A stretch of 47,174 bases of DNA from Armatimonadia bacterium (GTDB lineage Bacteria; Armatimonadota; Zipacnadia; Zipacnadales; UBA11051), in NCBI GenBank assembly GCA_039683575.1, contig JBDKRC010000180.1, positions 1 to 47,174 on the forward strand, given 5' to 3'. Shown here piece after piece: positions 36,961 to 47,064 of the stretch. Position 1 is the first letter of the stretch. Every line of letters begins with the position of its first letter. Both the position numbers and the translations under genes were made by a program. The notes under the pieces are model-generated. The model did no database searches, was not told the DNA's origin, and saw only the letters and a program-made list of their open reading frames with translations.

Positions 36961-38412
36961 TTAGAGGCGAGCCAGCAGTTCGGCGGCTTTCTTTTCGTAG
37001 ATTTCCTGCCAGCCGGCGCCGAGGAGGCATTCGGTTACTTCGTAGCCCTGTTTGTCATAGTCCTCGGCAGGGGGGCCGTAGTGCATGTAGCCGTTGGTGA
37101 AGGCTGACATGAAGGTGTGCTTGTGCGGGGACGCGCTCTTGACGTTCATCCCGACCTGGGTGAGGACCTCGATGGGGGCGGTAATGAGGACGAAGTCACC
37201 GATCTTCATGGCCATTACCTCGGCGGCGATGGTGTCTTCGCCGGAGGCGTCGTTGTCCGCCTTGTGCTTGAGCAGGGTGCCGATGTCGTCCTGGATGCGG
37301 GCGAGGCGCTCCATGGCGCGGATGTTGCTGAGGTACTTGTCGAGATTGCCGCGATTCTCGGCGTCCATACCCTTGAGATCGGTTTCGCCGATGGCGTCGG
37401 CTTGCAGGTAGCGGTAGGAATAGTCCGCCGGATGCTCGGGGTTGAGGGCGTAGCGGATATATAAGGGTAGAAAGCTGCGGAAGTTGAGGCTGGTGAAGCG
37501 CAGGGAGGCCAGGAGTTGGTCCTGCTCGGCGCGGAGGGTGGCGATGCGGTCGGGGACGTCGGTGCGGCGCGGGAGGCGGACCGTTTCGGAGACGACCTTG
37601 AGGGTCGCGTCGCCGGTCTCGACGCCTTCGAGGGCTTCGAGGACGCTGATACCAAGCATCGGACCGACCTGGCGGCAGTCGCGGGGACGGTTGGGGTCCT
37701 TGTATAGGACCTCGCAGACGTCGCCGCCGGCGCCCTGCAGGAAGAGGGCCATGGCGTCGGGGCCGAGGCATTCTTCGATGACCGCGGAGGCGCCGCCGGG
37801 GAAGTTGGCGGTGATGGCGCCGCCCGGAATGCCCAGCAGGGCGTGGCAGGCGAAGTTGTAGACGACGGCGAGCGGGGTGCCGTCGAGGCGGTCAACGCGA
37901 AGCAGGCCGATCTCGGGATCGAGGGGCCCCAGTTCGGCGACTTCGTCATCGGGCGGGCAAGGGTTGGCGTGGCGAATGGTCCAGTGCTTGCCGTCCTTGA
38001 GGCGCAGCGTGCGGTTGATGATGAAGCGGTCTTCGCGGCCCACGCCGACGCCGACTTTGACGGGTGTGAGCGCCTCTTTGGCGCGGCGCACGGCGTCGAA
38101 GGTGCGGGCGACCTGCTCCTCGTGGCTGCAGAGGATGCTGCCCGGGGGGTGGGTGTGGGAGGCGTTGACGAGGACGTTGCCGCCGGGGATGGCAAGCTCG
38201 GACTCGAGGCGCGCGCGGAGCTCGGGGAGGAAGTCGTCGCTGACCTCGCAGATGCCGCCGATAGCGGTGACGTCCATGGCGAGGAGGACGAGGGTGGTGG
38301 TGCCATCGTCGAGGACGAGTGCCTTGGCGTAGAGGGGGTCGTTGATGACGGCGCCGGGGGCATCGGTGGTGATGTCGCTTTTGGCAGCGCCGGCGCGGAG
38401 TTGTGCGGGCAT
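36961..38412 (-). CDS. Neutral/alkaline ceramidase-like metallo-amidohydrolase family protein
   Basis: AGAAKSDIT, DPLYAKALVL, NASHTH, GPLDPEI, NFACH, FLQGAGGD and TNGY..Y.P....Y...GYE. Confidence 0.75.
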   Translation of the reverse strand: MPAQLRAGAAKSDITTDAPGAVINDPLYAKALVLDDGTTTLVLLAMDVTAIGGICEVSDDFLPELRARLESELAIPGGNVLVNASHTHPPGSILCSHEEQVARTFDAVRRAKEALTPVKVGVGVGREDRFIINRTLRLKDGKHWTIRHANPCPPDDEVAELGPLDPEIGLLRVDRLDGTPLAVVYNFACHALLGIPGGAITANFPGGASAVIEECLGPDAMALFLQGAGGDVCEVLYKDPNRPRDCRQVGPMLGISVLEALEGVETGDATLKVVSETVRLPRRTDVPDRIATLRAEQDQLLASLRFTSLNFRSFLPLYIRYALNPEHPADYSYRYLQADAIGETDLKGMDAENRGNLDKYLSNIRAMERLARIQDDIGTLLKHKADNDASGEDTIAAEVMAMKIGDFVLITAPIEVLTQVGMNVKSASPHKHTFMSAFTNGYMHYGPPAEDYDKQGYEVTECLLGAGWQEIYEKKAAELLARL

Positions 38413-38452
38413 GGGTGTCTCCCTGGCAGATTGTGATCACAAGGTGGCCGGT

Positions 38453-38592
38453 GGTGTCGGTTCGGGACGAACCGACCTACGCGGGTCTGGTATCTAGGGA
38501 CGAGCCGACCTACGCGGCGTGAGGGTGCGCGTAGGTGGGTTCGTCTCGAACCCACATGGTGTCGGTTCAAGGATGAACCGGTCTACGCGGCG
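38453..38592. repeat. Cluster of four GTAG-type REP-like palindromes
   Basis: gtcggttcgggacgaaccgacctacgc, a degenerate ...gagccgacctacgc, inverted gcgtaggtgggttcgtctcgaacccac, and gtcggttcaaggatgaaccggtctacgc. Confidence 0.7.
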
Positions 38593-38593
38593 C

Positions 38594-41329
38594 TTATTGG
38601 TCTGTGCGGCGCATTACTATGTTGTCGATATACATTTCCGTAGCCGCATCGCCGTTGCTGACGAAGCCGAGCCAGGCGAGGCGGTCGAATTCGATGCCGC
38701 AGGCGAGGTCTTTGCCGTCGAAGAGGACCTTGCCGGATTGATCGGTGATCTTCATGTCCCACTTGCCGTCTGCGTAGCGACCCAGGCCGTCGGAGATGGT
38801 GAAATGGAGCCACTGACCCGCCGGGAGCTTCACGCCGGTGGGCTTCTTCTCGTTGAGGAGGAGCTGGTCGTCCTTCTCGATCCAGAGCGAGGGGCCGAGC
38901 TTGGCGTAGGAGGCGGTGTTGCGCCACTCGCTCCAGAACTGGGCGCCCGGCTCGCGGTAGAGGTCGAAGTCAAGCTGCAGCTTCATGTCGCCGGTGAGGC
39001 CGGGGCTGTAGTAGAAGTGCGGGAAGTAATATGTGAGCCCCGGGGCGTCCACCATGCGGAGGCTGTGCGGGGGCGAGAGGAAGCGTTTGCTCGAGACTTC
39101 CAGGAAGGCCCCTCCCTTGACGTCCTCGACCACGGCGGCCATGGCCGGCTTCTGGCCGGGCTGGGCGTCGTCGAAGTTGTCAGAGGGGAGGACGGTGCGC
39201 ACGTCGTGCTCGTTGGAGCTCAGGGGCACGATCGGGCACTTGGAGGGCAGGGAAGTCCATGATTTGTCGCCATAGAGGCCGATGTTATCCAGATCGAGCG
39301 GACGGAAGCCCATGGCGAGGGCCGGAGACTTGGGCTGCAGGCGGAAATCGCGCTTCGCCGCGTCGACGAAGAGGGGATCCGCGATGCGCGAGTGGGGGTC
39401 CATCTTCGGCGTGTACCAGATGTCCTTAAGGCCCTCTTTCTTGCGCCACTCATCCCAGGTGAAGCTCAGGAACTTGGGCTGCTTGCCGTCGGTGCGCCAG
39501 TAGAGGTTGTAGTCTATGATCTTGTTGTAGGTCTGCCACTCAGGGACATCGTAGAAGACCGTGCCCGTGCCGTCCATGTACACGATGTTGTACTCGAAGA
39601 TATTGGTCCGCTCGGAGTCGGCGCCGAGGCCGAAACCGTTGAAGGCGGAGATGTTGTTGAGCACGGTAATGCAGGAGGTGCCGTGCTGGAGGCGGATGCC
39701 GCCGGAACCACAGTCATGGCAGAGGTTGTTCTCGCAGAGGAGGGCGGAGCTTCCGCCGTCAATATAGATGCCGTGGCCGATGGGCCCAACGTTGTGGACG
39801 TGGTTGTGGCGGATCACCGAGCCGGGTGTAAGGCCGAGGCTGTAGATACCGCCGCCGTCTTCGAGCACGCGCATGACGTCATGGACGTGGTTGTATTCGA
39901 CGATATTCTCACGGGTGCCGGAGGCGTAGATGTCCCAGGTCCAACCGAGCGAGATGCCGGTGTAGCGCATGTCGCAGACTTCGTTGTGGGAGAAGGTGTT
40001 CTGGCGCCCGTAGGCCATGAAGATGCCCGTGGAGCCGGCATGGATGTGGCCGCCGTCGTGGATGTAGTTGTTGTCCACGAGATGGTGGTTGGCGATGCGC
40101 TCGTAGGTCTGGCGGTCGGAGGTGCCGATGCGAATGCCGCCGCCGCCGAGGTCGTGGAGGTGGTTGCGCTGGATGGTATTGTTCGAGCAGTCCATGCCGA
40201 ACATGAGGCCGTAGCGGCCGACGTGGGCAATTTCGCAGCCGGTGACGGCGCAGTTGCGCGCGGCGTGGAACTCAAGGGCGGCGCCGAGGCCGGTGTCAGC
40301 CTGGGGCGTCGAGAAGCCCTGCGGGGGGAGGACCCACTGGGCGTGCTGGAAGGAGAGGCCCTGGAAGCCGACGTACTCGACGTACTGGTTCTTGTCCGGC
40401 ACACCCTCGGCGATGACGAGGCGCTCCATCGCAGGGGCGACGACTTCAGCCTTGCTGAGGTCTTCGTCAGCGAAGGGGATGATCTTCAGTTCGCCGGTCT
40501 CCCGGTTGAGCTGCCATTCGCCGGGGGCATCGCAGGCACCGGGGTGGTTTTCGACGATGTAGGAGTTAGTCGGCATGCCGGGCTTGGGAAGCTCCCAGCA
40601 GGCAGGGCCGCCGAGGACGGCGATATTGGTCTGCGGGTCCACGGACTTGAACGGGAAGGTCCCGGAGTTCCAGCTAAAGGTGATGCGAAGCTCCACGTCC
40701 GAGAGGTTGGGCCAGGGCTGCAGGTCCTTGCCGCGGAAGACAAAGCGGTCTTTGGCGGTGCCGGTGGTGGTTCCGAGGACGCTACCACTATCCTTGGCGT
40801 CGGCGGCGGGCGGGGTGCCGCGGAGGATGGCGTACTGGCCGACGTTAGGCGAGCGGGCGGGGATGTAGCGCCGACCGTCAATGAAGAGTTGGCGGAAGAC
40901 CCACTTGTGGCCGGCAGCCTCGGGGATCATCGTCGACCAGGAGCCATCGGCGTTGCGGTGGAGGCCCTTGATGACGCGTCCGCCGGAGAGGACGGGGCTC
41001 TCACCCGGGGCGGCGGCGTAGGTGATGGGGGCTTTCGCAGTGCCGGAATCCTGGGGGCCCAGTACGAGCGGAGCGGGCAGGCGGTGGACGCCGCCGTGGA
41101 TGAGCACGGTGACGCCGCCGGCGGGGAGGCCTTTCTGCTTGAGGGCGCGGACCGCATCCCGGGCACGGGTGAGGGTGCGGAAGGAGGCCTTGGCAGTGCC
41201 TGCGGCGGTGTCTTTGCCGTTGACGGCAACATGGAAGACGGCAGGCTTGGGGGCGGCGGCGAGGCAGGGGGCCACGAGCAGCAGCATGATGGCGGTGAGC
41301 ATCAAGGGAGCACGGCGGGTGTGGAACAC
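38594..41329 (-). CDS. Secreted right-handed parallel beta-helix protein (GH141-like) with C-terminal beta-sandwich
   Basis: Signal peptide, FHVAVNGKD...GT...F.TL.RA, many HN/NN beta-helix rungs, DGGGIY, IYIDGGS and ADPLFVD...DFRL...SPA. Confidence 0.85.
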   Translation of the reverse strand: MFHTRRAPLMLTAIMLLLVAPCLAAAPKPAVFHVAVNGKDTAAGTAKASFRTLTRARDAVRALKQKGLPAGGVTVLIHGGVHRLPAPLVLGPQDSGTAKAPITYAAAPGESPVLSGGRVIKGLHRNADGSWSTMIPEAAGHKWVFRQLFIDGRRYIPARSPNVGQYAILRGTPPAADAKDSGSVLGTTTGTAKDRFVFRGKDLQPWPNLSDVELRITFSWNSGTFPFKSVDPQTNIAVLGGPACWELPKPGMPTNSYIVENHPGACDAPGEWQLNRETGELKIIPFADEDLSKAEVVAPAMERLVIAEGVPDKNQYVEYVGFQGLSFQHAQWVLPPQGFSTPQADTGLGAALEFHAARNCAVTGCEIAHVGRYGLMFGMDCSNNTIQRNHLHDLGGGGIRIGTSDRQTYERIANHHLVDNNYIHDGGHIHAGSTGIFMAYGRQNTFSHNEVCDMRYTGISLGWTWDIYASGTRENIVEYNHVHDVMRVLEDGGGIYSLGLTPGSVIRHNHVHNVGPIGHGIYIDGGSSALLCENNLCHDCGSGGIRLQHGTSCITVLNNISAFNGFGLGADSERTNIFEYNIVYMDGTGTVFYDVPEWQTYNKIIDYNLYWRTDGKQPKFLSFTWDEWRKKEGLKDIWYTPKMDPHSRIADPLFVDAAKRDFRLQPKSPALAMGFRPLDLDNIGLYGDKSWTSLPSKCPIVPLSSNEHDVRTVLPSDNFDDAQPGQKPAMAAVVEDVKGGAFLEVSSKRFLSPPHSLRMVDAPGLTYYFPHFYYSPGLTGDMKLQLDFDLYREPGAQFWSEWRNTASYAKLGPSLWIEKDDQLLLNEKKPTGVKLPAGQWLHFTISDGLGRYADGKWDMKITDQSGKVLFDGKDLACGIEFDRLAWLGFVSNGDAATEMYIDNIVMRRTDQ

Positions 41330-41443
41330 GATGGACCACCTCTACGGAAGTTGAGGAGAGCGGGGGATAATTGGTGATGGAGGGCAGGGAGACCTTCCCT
41401 CAGGCGGGGTTCGGGGGGCGAACGTCTGTGGCAGATAATGGCA

Positions 41444-41472
41444 AACGGCCCCAGACGGGGTCTGGGGCCGTT
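41444..41472 (-). terminator. Hairpin downstream of prepilin gene
   Basis: Perfect 13-bp stem aacggccccagac/gtctggggccgtt. Confidence 0.6.
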
Positions 41473-41503
41473 GTAGGCGTGTGCAGGAGGGGGCGGTCGC
41501 CGG

Positions 41504-42172
41504 CTAGCGCGCCGCGTCCCAGAGGGTGGTGTCGGTGATGGCCTTGGGGAAGCCTATCCACTTGCCGTGGCCGTCTACGAAGACCATGTTGCAGCCGTCG
41601 TTGTGGCGAGCCTGGACGCTGTCATAGATGTAGCTGCCGCCGGTCGGGGTGTTCCAGTACTGCGGGCGCTGGACTTGCGGAGGAGCAGCGAGAGGATCCG
41701 CGATGTAGCTGGCGCCGTCGCCGCACATGACGACCTCGGACGGGTAGTTGATGGCTCCCAGCGAGCGGTGCAGCAGGGAATTAGTAGCGGAACCGTTGGG
41801 ATAGTAGTTGAAGAAGTAGTTGTAGGTGGCAGCGTCGGCCCAGTTCAGGGCCTCGGAGTCACTGGGGCAGCGGAAAACCTGAGCGTTCTTGACATACGGG
41901 TAGATCATCTCAGCCCAGATCATGTCGGTGCTGGAGCGGCCGTCGGGCAAGGTGTGGGCGACACCCAGCGGGTAGTAATGCCGGGGGAGCTTTTCGTCAT
42001 AGTCCTGGGCGTACTGGATCAGGCCCAGGCCGATCTGCTTGACATTGGACAGACAGGACGACTGACGGGCCTTCTCACGTGCCTTGGCGAAAACCGGGAA
42101 CAGAATGGCGGCCAAGATCGCGATAATGGCGATTACGACCAACAGCTCGATGAGTGTGAAACCTCTGCGCAT
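41504..42172 (-). CDS. Prepilin-type N-terminal cleavage/methylation protein, DUF1559-like with H-X9-DG motif
   Basis: [13 protein letters not shown] at ATG 42172 after GGAGG, FRCPSD and [14 protein letters not shown]. Confidence 0.93.
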   Translation of the reverse strand: MRRGFTLIELLVVIAIIAILAAILFPVFAKAREKARQSSCLSNVKQIGLGLIQYAQDYDEKLPRHYYPLGVAHTLPDGRSSTDMIWAEMIYPYVKNAQVFRCPSDSEALNWADAATYNYFFNYYPNGSATNSLLHRSLGAINYPSEVVMCGDGASYIADPLAAPPQVQRPQYWNTPTGGSYIYDSVQARHNDGCNMVFVDGHGKWIGFPKAITDTTLWDAAR

Positions 42173-42375
42173 TCGTCTATAGCCTCCGTAGTAGATTGGG
42201 TCCTGCAGTATAATACTCCATTTTAGCTGCAGAAGTTTCCGAAATGTTTCAGAAAGACGCAATGGTGTCAACAGCGGCTGGGCGAGGCTGGATGGGCCAC
42301 TTCGCCCGGCAGGTGGCGAACGGCTGCCTCAGCCTGGCCGTCGAAGAGATCATAGTCCTCATTGCGTGGTGAAGA

Positions 42376-43011
42376 ATGGGAATTGAGTACCGGGTGGCCA
42401 CCGAGAGCGATCTCGCGGGCGTGGCGGGGATCTATCTCAAGGCCTTTCCAGACAGCCTCCAGCACTTCTTCGGAGATCGTCCTCCGGCCCTGCAGGCGGT
42501 GGTGGACGTCTTCAGCCTGCCGCTCGTGTCCGAACCGCACTGCCTGACGGTCGCAGTCGAAGACGGCCAGATCGTGGGGTACTGTCTCGCCCCGGCGCAT
42601 GCCAGCCGCATTGCGCGCGCGGCCGTGCGGCGGATTGGCCGGTTATTGCTTCACTGGCTGACGGGGCGGTACGATATCGGGTTAACCCCGCTGCGTCTTT
42701 TGGCCCACGACAAGCTGCGGATGAAGAAGGCGCACCAGGAGCCGGGGCATGATATTGACGCCCATATCCTGTCTATCGCGGTTGACCCGGCCTGTCACAG
42801 CCGCGGGGTGGGCGGGGAACTCCTGAAGCGGGGGCTGCAGTACCTCCAGGAGCAGGGGGCAGAGCAGGTGCGGCTTGAGGTGAGGCCCGGTAACCCGGCG
42901 GCTGTGCATCTCTACGAGAAGTTCGGCTTCCGGACCGTAGGTGAGATCCAGGATAGCCAGGGACCGTGGCTGGTGATGGTCCGCGATTTGGGGGGAGTTG
43001 GGGAATCATGA
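42376..43011 (+). CDS. GNAT family N-acetyltransferase
   Basis: HILSIAVDP...RGVGGELL and LEVRPGNPAAVHLYEKFGF. Confidence 0.9.
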   Translation: MGIEYRVATESDLAGVAGIYLKAFPDSLQHFFGDRPPALQAVVDVFSLPLVSEPHCLTVAVEDGQIVGYCLAPAHASRIARAAVRRIGRLLLHWLTGRYDIGLTPLRLLAHDKLRMKKAHQEPGHDIDAHILSIAVDPACHSRGVGGELLKRGLQYLQEQGAEQVRLEVRPGNPAAVHLYEKFGFRTVGEIQDSQGPWLVMVRDLGGVGES

Positions 43012-44492
43012 GCAGAGATAGTGGCGGTGCAGTGAAAAAGCGGCCGAGCGCTCGGGCGAGGCGGCTGCGGCGGCTGCTGTTGGTAGCCGCAGCAGTGGTG
43101 GTGGTCGTTGCTGCGGGTACCATTGCGAAGCTGCGCCTGCAAAGAGGCGAGCACCTTGAGCAGATGCCACTGCTTCAGCGGGGCGAACGGACGCTCATTG
43201 TCGCGCCTCACGAGGACGATGAGAGTCTGGGTTGCGCAGGCTACATGCAGCAGGCGAGGCTGGCCGGGGCGGAGGTGTTCGTGTGCTTCATGACTGCCGG
43301 AGAGGGGGAGGAACTGGCCGCGATCTGGAATACGAAGCGGCCACCGAGCCGGCCTCGGGCTTTCATCCTGCTCGGCCAGAAGCGACACAAGGAGGCAGCA
43401 AGGACCCTCAGCCGGATTGGTGTGGGTCAGGATCATATCTTCTTTCTGAACTACCCCAACATGGGTGTGGACAAGCTCTGGTCGGCGCAATACTGGACGC
43501 CCGCGCAGCCATGGACCAGCCCCTTCACTCGCGCGTCGCGGGCACCTTTTGCCAACACCTATACGCCGCAAGCCGTCTTCTGTGGCTCAGCTTGCGTGAA
43601 CGACCTGACTATGATCATGGAGCAAGTTCGGCCTGCCACGGTGCTCACCACTCACCCCTCGGACATCCACCCCGACCACTGGCCCACCTATGGCCTGACC
43701 AAGCTGGCGCTCGAGCGTGTCCGCCTGCGGCAGCCATGGGCGAAGGATACCAGGCTCTTCACGTATGTGGTGCATCGTCGCGGCTGGCCGGTGCCGTGGG
43801 GCTATTACCCCCGCTTGCCGCTAATGCCGCCGCAGTCGCTGGTGAACTTGCCAGTGAACAAATGGCTGACACTTCACCTCAATGCTGCTGAGGTCAGGAT
43901 CAAGAACGCCATGATTCTGACCTATCGCAGCCAGATGGCGCGCTTCGATCTGCTACTGCGGGCGTTCGCGAGGCAGACTGAAGTGTTTGCGGAGGTCGAG
44001 GACATCAGTCTCCCCCGCAGCATTCTCGGCTACTTCATGTTCGAGGAGCCGGTCAGCGAGAGCCCGTATCTTCACGAGCATCCGCAGTCGGACCTGGCGG
44101 CCGTGGAGACAGAGCAGTCCGGGGATGACCTCGTGATTGAGGTCCGCACCGTCAAGCCGCTGTCGCACCACTACGCGCTGCTGGTGACGCTGCACGGCGT
44201 GGGCCGGTCAAGCGCGGCTTCGCAGGTCATCACCTGCCGGTATCAGCCGGAGCGCGCCCCCGAGGTCGTGGTCGCAGGCGGCGAAGGGCCGCCGGTGGCA
44301 AGCGACGCTCTGGCGCAAGCGATTGTGCAGGATGGACAGGAAGTGCGGTTCACGTTCCCGCTCAGCATGTTTGGTGGCGTGGAGGGGTTGATGGTGGACG
44401 CCATGACCCAGATTCAGAACCGCTATCCGGATCATGGCGTGACGCGAATGCTGCGCTGGACGCCGCCTGTCACGCCCGCTCCGAGCCGTTAG
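43008..44492 (+). CDS. Membrane-anchored PIG-L/LmbE family deacetylase
   Basis: ATGA overlap with the GNAT stop, N-terminal TM helix, APHEDDESLG, FLNYP, DIHPDH and YRSQ. Confidence 0.88.
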   Translation: MSRDSGGAVKKRPSARARRLRRLLLVAAAVVVVVAAGTIAKLRLQRGEHLEQMPLLQRGERTLIVAPHEDDESLGCAGYMQQARLAGAEVFVCFMTAGEGEELAAIWNTKRPPSRPRAFILLGQKRHKEAARTLSRIGVGQDHIFFLNYPNMGVDKLWSAQYWTPAQPWTSPFTRASRAPFANTYTPQAVFCGSACVNDLTMIMEQVRPATVLTTHPSDIHPDHWPTYGLTKLALERVRLRQPWAKDTRLFTYVVHRRGWPVPWGYYPRLPLMPPQSLVNLPVNKWLTLHLNAAEVRIKNAMILTYRSQMARFDLLLRAFARQTEVFAEVEDISLPRSILGYFMFEEPVSESPYLHEHPQSDLAAVETEQSGDDLVIEVRTVKPLSHHYALLVTLHGVGRSSAASQVITCRYQPERAPEVVVAGGEGPPVASDALAQAIVQDGQEVRFTFPLSMFGGVEGLMVDAMTQIQNRYPDHGVTRMLRWTPPVTPAPSR

Positions 44493-44501
44493 GAGACGCC
44501 G

Positions 44502-45668
44502 ATGGAGACAACACCAACGCCTCCGCCCCCGCCGGAGGAGAATGCTACTCCCGTCACGGGGCCTACCGTGGATGAGGAGCGCAAGAAGCCGGGCCGGCTG
44601 GTGGCGCTCGACGCCTTCCGCGGCTTGACCATCCTGGGGATGCTGCTGGTCAACAACATCGCGCTGGACACGGCCACACCGGCGCAACTTGTACATGCCG
44701 AGTGGAACAAGGGAGTCACCTTCGCGGATATGGTGTTCCCGTGGTTCCTGCTGGCAGTGGGGGTGGCCATTCCGTTCTCCTCAGCCTCGCGCAAACGCCA
44801 TGGCATGAGTGAGTGGCAGTACGATCTGCGCGCGATTAGCCGGGCCATCACCCTGGTACTGCTCGGCTGCCTCATTGACTCCAGCATCAGCCGCCAGCCG
44901 CTGTTCGATCTCGGCGTGCTGCAGCTCATCGGCCTGGCGTATCTTGTCGGCGCGCTGCTGTATGAACTGCCCGTGGAGCGCCGTCTCATCATCGCGGGGA
45001 TACTGCTTGCGGGCTACTGGGCACTGATCCGGTTCCTGCCGGTGCCGGGTCTGGGGACCGGGGTCTTCACGCCGGAACACAATGTGATCAACCATCTCAA
45101 TCAGGTCTACCTGACCGCGGTGCATCTGAAGGGGATACTGTCGGTGATCCCCACGGCGGCGCTGGTGATGATCGGGACGGCGGCGGGGGACATCCTGCGC
45201 AGTCAGCGCCTCGAACCCAAATACAAACTGAGCCACCTGCTGGTGATGGGCTTTGGCCTGACCGTAATCGGCTGGCTGTGGGCGCGTGACTTGCCCTTCA
45301 ACAAGCCGCTGTGGACGACGCCTTACGTGCTCTATTCGTCGGGGCTGGGATGCCTGACGCTGGCCTTCTTCTTCCTGACGATCGATATCACCAAATGGCG
45401 TGCCTGGGCCCTGCCGCTGGTCATACCGGGGATGAACGCGATCTTCGTCTACGTGGTGCCCATCCTCGTCAAGGTCTACATTTTTCAGGTATGGACCTGG
45501 AAACTGGCGGATGGCAGTCACCTGCCGCTTGGCGTTGCCTTCATGCACTACTGGTTTGCCGCGGCGGGGCGGTATTGGGGCGGATGGGGTTACACCATCT
45601 CCTACATCCTCTTTTGGTGGTTAGTGGCGGTGTGGTTATATCGCAAGAAGATATTCCTTCGGGTATGA
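44502..45668 (+). CDS. HGSNAT-like (DUF5009/NagX-type) transmembrane acyltransferase
   Basis: RLVALDAFRGLTILGMLLVN, HAEW.GVTFADMVFPWFL, GVLQ.I, NKPLWT..Y and GMNAIFVY. Confidence 0.9.
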   Translation: METTPTPPPPPEENATPVTGPTVDEERKKPGRLVALDAFRGLTILGMLLVNNIALDTATPAQLVHAEWNKGVTFADMVFPWFLLAVGVAIPFSSASRKRHGMSEWQYDLRAISRAITLVLLGCLIDSSISRQPLFDLGVLQLIGLAYLVGALLYELPVERRLIIAGILLAGYWALIRFLPVPGLGTGVFTPEHNVINHLNQVYLTAVHLKGILSVIPTAALVMIGTAAGDILRSQRLEPKYKLSHLLVMGFGLTVIGWLWARDLPFNKPLWTTPYVLYSSGLGCLTLAFFFLTIDITKWRAWALPLVIPGMNAIFVYVVPILVKVYIFQVWTWKLADGSHLPLGVAFMHYWFAAAGRYWGGWGYTISYILFWWLVAVWLYRKKIFLRV

Positions 45669-45678
45669 GGTGTGGGCG

Positions 45679-46515
45679 ATGCGTGGTTCAATGAGAGGCG
45701 TCTATGGCGTCGTGACGGTCCTGTGCGGGTTGCTGTTGGGCTGCAAGAGCCCAGTCCCCGCTCAACGCGCCGCCTCCCCGCCGGTAGCGACATCCCCGGC
45801 GGCCAAGCCCGACCAGGGCAGCCTGGATGAGTACTGGCAAAACGCGCTGGAGGAGGTCTACAAGAGCCCGCTGGAACTGCAGGCTCAACACGAGGCGGAG
45901 GCGCGTCGCGGCATTCACCTCAACAAACTGCTCAGAGGGAACGAGGCCAAGCGGCAGATCGCTTTGACCTTCGATGATGGGCCGCATCCGGACTTTACGC
46001 CGGGGATCTTGAGCGCACTGAGCGCCGAGAACGTGAAGGCGACGTTCTTTCTGGTGGGGGAGAAAGCCGAGCAGTATCCGGACCTGGTGAAGGCGGAAGT
46101 CGCCGCGGGGCACAACGTGGGCAATCACACCTACCATCATGTGAATTTGACCAGGATCCCCAACCGTCTGGTTGACACGGAGATCAAGGCCTGTGGTGAT
46201 GTAATCGCGGGGATTACGGGCACGGCCCCGCACCTGTTCCGGCCCCCCGGTGGCGACTATGACGTGCAGGTGGCCGAGGTGGCCACGCAACTCGGCTATA
46301 CGATGATTCTCTGGACCGACGACCCCGGCGACTATGCCAGCCCGCCGCGCACGGTGCTCGAAGGCCGCATACTTGAGCATGCCAGTAACGGGGGCATCAT
46401 CCTTATCCACGACGGAGTTCAGGAGACGATCCAGCTACTACCGCAGATGATCAAGTCGCTGAAGGCGAGGGGGTTTGAGTTCGTGACGGTGGATGAGATG
46501 CTGGGGCGACGTTGA
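45679..46515 (+). CDS. Polysaccharide deacetylase (CE4/NodB homology), probable lipoprotein
   Basis: Lipobox LLGC, LTFDDGP, GNHTYHH, FRPPGG and IILIHDG. Start ATG 45679 after GAGGTG (alternatives 45670 and 45691). Confidence 0.92.
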   Translation: MRGSMRGVYGVVTVLCGLLLGCKSPVPAQRAASPPVATSPAAKPDQGSLDEYWQNALEEVYKSPLELQAQHEAEARRGIHLNKLLRGNEAKRQIALTFDDGPHPDFTPGILSALSAENVKATFFLVGEKAEQYPDLVKAEVAAGHNVGNHTYHHVNLTRIPNRLVDTEIKACGDVIAGITGTAPHLFRPPGGDYDVQVAEVATQLGYTMILWTDDPGDYASPPRTVLEGRILEHASNGGIILIHDGVQETIQLLPQMIKSLKARGFEFVTVDEMLGRR

Positions 46516-46752
46516 GGGGCAAAGGAAGAGGCGGAAATGGCGCCGCAAAGCACACCAGGCGGCGCGGGGGCAGCCAAAGGCAGAGCTCGCCGGGGGCGCG
46601 CGCGGCAGGGGGTGAAATGGGTGTGTTGTCTTTGGTTCCTATTCCACAGGAAATCGCCGAAATTCCCCAAGATTCCAGTGATGCCGGGAAGGAACGCAGC
46701 CTTCCACCTCGAATAATGCGACGCTCGCATAGAACAGGTTTGAGGTGAGGCA

Positions 46753-47064
46753 ATGGCACGCAAAGGTTTCACATTGATCGAACTCTTGGTCGTTATAGCC
46801 ATCATAGCCATCCTGGCGGCTATCTTGTTCCCCGTGTTCGCCAAGGCGCGGGAGAAGGCGCGGCAATCAAGCTGCTTGAGCAACATTCGACAGGTGACGA
46901 CAGCGTTGCTGTCGTACGCGCAGGACTATGACGAGACGCTACCGGCGTACTACTTCAGTTACAGCGGTGTCGTGAAGTACTGGCACGTGCCCCTTGCGCC
47001 ATACATGAAGAATGATCAGATTCTGCTCTGTCCGAGCGCCAAGACTAGGCTCTTCCTCAATTAG
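46753..47064 (+). pseudogene. Prepilin-type DUF1559-like gene with premature stop(s)
   Basis: Canonical N-terminus through CPS, then TAG at 47062 and a second in-frame TAG at 47071. No H-X9-DG domain before the stop. Confidence 0.7.

Noticed and set aside
38453-38592. CRISPR array
   Set aside because: Repeats are degenerate, in mixed orientation and without regular unique spacers; no cas genes.
39392-41377. 661-aa plus-strand ORF (and similar 25302..26510, 31467..32597, 37215..38570)
   Set aside because: Shadow or alternative-frame ORFs overlapping well-supported genes.
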